48,244 nucleotides of DNA, from contig VFJJ01000123.1 in assembly GCA_009886115.1 (NCBI GenBank), forward strand, positions 1-48,244, read 5' to 3'. The notes below the pieces were generated by a model. The model had not been told where the DNA came from, did not search any database, and saw nothing but the letters and a program-made list of their open reading frames with translations. This DNA comes from Actinomycetota bacterium (GTDB taxonomy: Bacteria > Actinomycetota > Acidimicrobiia > IMCC26256 > VFJJ01). Position 1 is the stretch's first letter. Each line of letters starts with the position of its first letter. Position numbers and translations under genes: made by a program. This document shows, piece after piece, positions 46,787 through 48,244 of this stretch.

Positions 46787-47455
46787 ATGGCACAACGACG
46801 ATGGCGTGACTACCGAACCGCAGCCGGAGCGCGACCGGTCCGCGACTTCCTCCGGGAGCTGTCCGACGACGACGCGGCTGCTGTGTTCGCCGCGATGGCG
46901 GCCGTCCGAGTTCAAGGGCTCCTTGGCGTCCTTGCGGGCACGAGCGCGCCGTTGAAATTGTCGACAGTTCACCGGCTTGCCGGTCGTGGGTCGCTGAGCG
47001 GTGTTCGCCGGGTGTTGGGCCGCCTTGTCGGGGCAGGCATCGTGCTCGACGTTCCTGGCGGGTATGTGCTCAACCGTGATCACGTTGCTGCTGCTGGGGT
47101 TGAGGCGCTGGCCCGATCATGGGGTGAGGTTGCGGATCGGATCCGACGTTGCGTCGACGAGTGGTCTCTGGTGCCGAGCCTTGTCGGCATCTTTGGGTCG
47201 GCGGCCCGGCGTGATGGCGATGAGGCCAGCGATATCGATGTGGTGGTGGTCTCCGATGCGCGAGGAGCCTCCGATGAGGCGGCGGAGTTGGCGGCGAAGC
47301 TCGAGCGGTGGACTGGAAATTCGACGCATGTTGTCACCGTGGGGTCGAAGGATCTTCGCCGGATGCGTCGTGCAGGCGAGCCCATTCTCGACGATTGGGA
47401 GCGAGACCTCGTGGTGGTCGTCGGCAACAGGGACGTGCTCAAGGTCACCCGTTGA
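46787..47455 (+). CDS. wHTH + minimal nucleotidyltransferase (MNT) antitoxin-like protein with an apparent RelE/Gp49 toxin-derived N-terminus
   Basis: FGSAARRDGDEASDIDV (GS-x10-DxD); wHTH segment VHRLAGRGSLSGVRRVLGRLV...YVLNRDH; N-terminus RWRDYRTAAGARPVRDFL; AGAGGA RBS. Confidence 0.8.
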   Translation: MAQRRWRDYRTAAGARPVRDFLRELSDDDAAAVFAAMAAVRVQGLLGVLAGTSAPLKLSTVHRLAGRGSLSGVRRVLGRLVGAGIVLDVPGGYVLNRDHVAAAGVEALARSWGEVADRIRRCVDEWSLVPSLVGIFGSAARRDGDEASDIDVVVVSDARGASDEAAELAAKLERWTGNSTHVVTVGSKDLRRMRRAGEPILDDWERDLVVVVGNRDVLKVTR

Positions 47456-47870
47456 TGGCGGCCAAGGGGCCCAGGACCGTCGACTGTAAGGCCGCACACG
47501 GGAGATCCCGCTTGCAACAGGCCGAGGCTTTCGTGATGACCGCCGACCTCGGCTGAGCGACGACACCGACGCCGCCAGCCCGGGCGTTGCTGCTGCCATC
47601 GCCGTGTTGGCGGGCATCGCGGCGTCTGACGCAGCCTGCTGCACCAAGCTGGGTAGGCGATCACGCGGCCAGAACCAGATGGAGGCGGTCAAGATACTTC
47701 GCACGGTCGTACCCCACGGCGAGGACATGGCGAAGGATCTCGGTCGACTGCTGGCGGCCAAGGACGAATCGCACTACGGGCTGACGCTGGTCGACCGAGC
47801 GAAGGCTCGCCGGCTCCTGGGGTACGCCCGGCGTATCACCGAGCGAGCGGGCCAAGTCCTCGCTCAGTGA
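47455..47870 (+). pseudogene. HEPN-like partner of the MNT gene, frameshifted at about 47551
   Basis: TGATG coupling with MNT. The first frame, MAAKGPRT...RSRLQQAEAF...DLG*, stops at 47556; the shifted frame continues LSDD...AVLAGIAASDAACC..LGRRSRG...LGRLL..KDESHYG. Confidence 0.75.
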
Positions 47871-48066
47871 CGTCGTGAGCGTCGAGGCCCGGTCCGGATT
47901 GAGAACGCCGTCTTGGTAGGGCGATGGTCACATCAGGCTCGCAGAGTGTCGAACGCGTTCGACGTCGACGGGCTGAATGGGGCGAACTCTGCGAACTGGG
48001 TGGACGACGCAGCTGAATCGAGCGTGCTCAGCGGACAGGGGGTGACTCGGGGGACGGCTCCCACGG

Positions 48067-48111
48067 CCTTGCCAAGGTGAGGGTCGCGGGTTCGAATCCC
48101 GTCGTCCGCTC
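48067..48111 (+). repeat. Duplicated 3' half of tRNA-Gly (att site), not a complete tRNA
   Basis: 45-bp identity to 45971-46015; lacks the 5' half and the CCA end. Confidence 0.92.
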
Positions 48112-48115
48112 GGAA

Positions 48116-48160
48116 CAGGTCGGCGATCGTCACTTTGGACGGTCGCCGACCTGCGGTTTT
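48116..48160 (+). terminator. Long hairpin with T-tract after the att copy
   Basis: CAGGTCGGCGATCGTC-ACTTTG-GACGGTCGCCGACCTG followed by CGGTTTT. Confidence 0.65.
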
Positions 48161-48244
48161 CCGGCGGGTTGACCAACCCCTGACCGGTCCGCTGCATACG
48201 CAACTCGGTCCCGCTGCGCCGGAGCCGAGCTTTGAAGCGCGACG

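Larger units (their letters stand above)
45971..48111. mobile_element. Integrase-less mini genomic island in tRNA-Gly, bounded by 45-bp direct repeats (att sites 45971-46015 and 48067-48111)
   Basis: CCTTGCCAAGGTGAGGGTCGCGGGTTCGAATCCCGTCGTCCGCTC is identical at both positions; the cargo has more A/T-ending codons and TA genes. Confidence 0.85.

Noticed and set aside
47949..47962. LexA SOS box
   Set aside because: The half-sites TCGAAC/GTTCGA are separated by 2 nt, whereas the actinobacterial box needs 4.
48067..48111. Second tRNA-Gly gene
   Set aside because: No 5' acceptor strand, D-arm or CCA end; it is an att duplication.

Overview
A high-GC (about 70%) actinobacterial chromosomal window, probably class Acidimicrobiia (inferred from gene content, not proven). 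It holds about 43 coding regions. Housekeeping genes include metF, ddl, pckG, a DAK2 protein, recG, aat and dut. Accessory content includes a 7-gene branched-chain NDP-sugar/glycosylation cassette (16.2-22.8 kb), an SDR plus three-subunit molybdenum hydroxylase operon with a non-CO-dehydrogenase active-site loop (26.4-31.0 kb), and many hydrolases and oxidoreductases. The most unusual part is the last 3.6 kb. A tRNA-Gly(GCC) gene carries a 2.1-kb integrase-less mini-island bounded by a 45-bp duplication of the tRNA 3' half. Its cargo is an MNT-HEPN toxin-antitoxin pair: the nucleotidyltransferase appears to be a chimera starting with a RelE/Gp49-type toxin N-terminus, and the HEPN gene is frameshifted. 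Just upstream, a frameshifted Rv0802c-like GNAT gene carries a fused C-terminal segment resembling a VapB antitoxin. Regulatory signals visible by eye include a sigma-28 (FliA/WhiG)-type promoter, a PafBC/RecA-NDp-type DNA-damage promoter, many apparently leaderless starts, long palindromes between convergent genes and two AT-rich patches inside genes. All family assignments come from motif recognition and recall; no database search was run.
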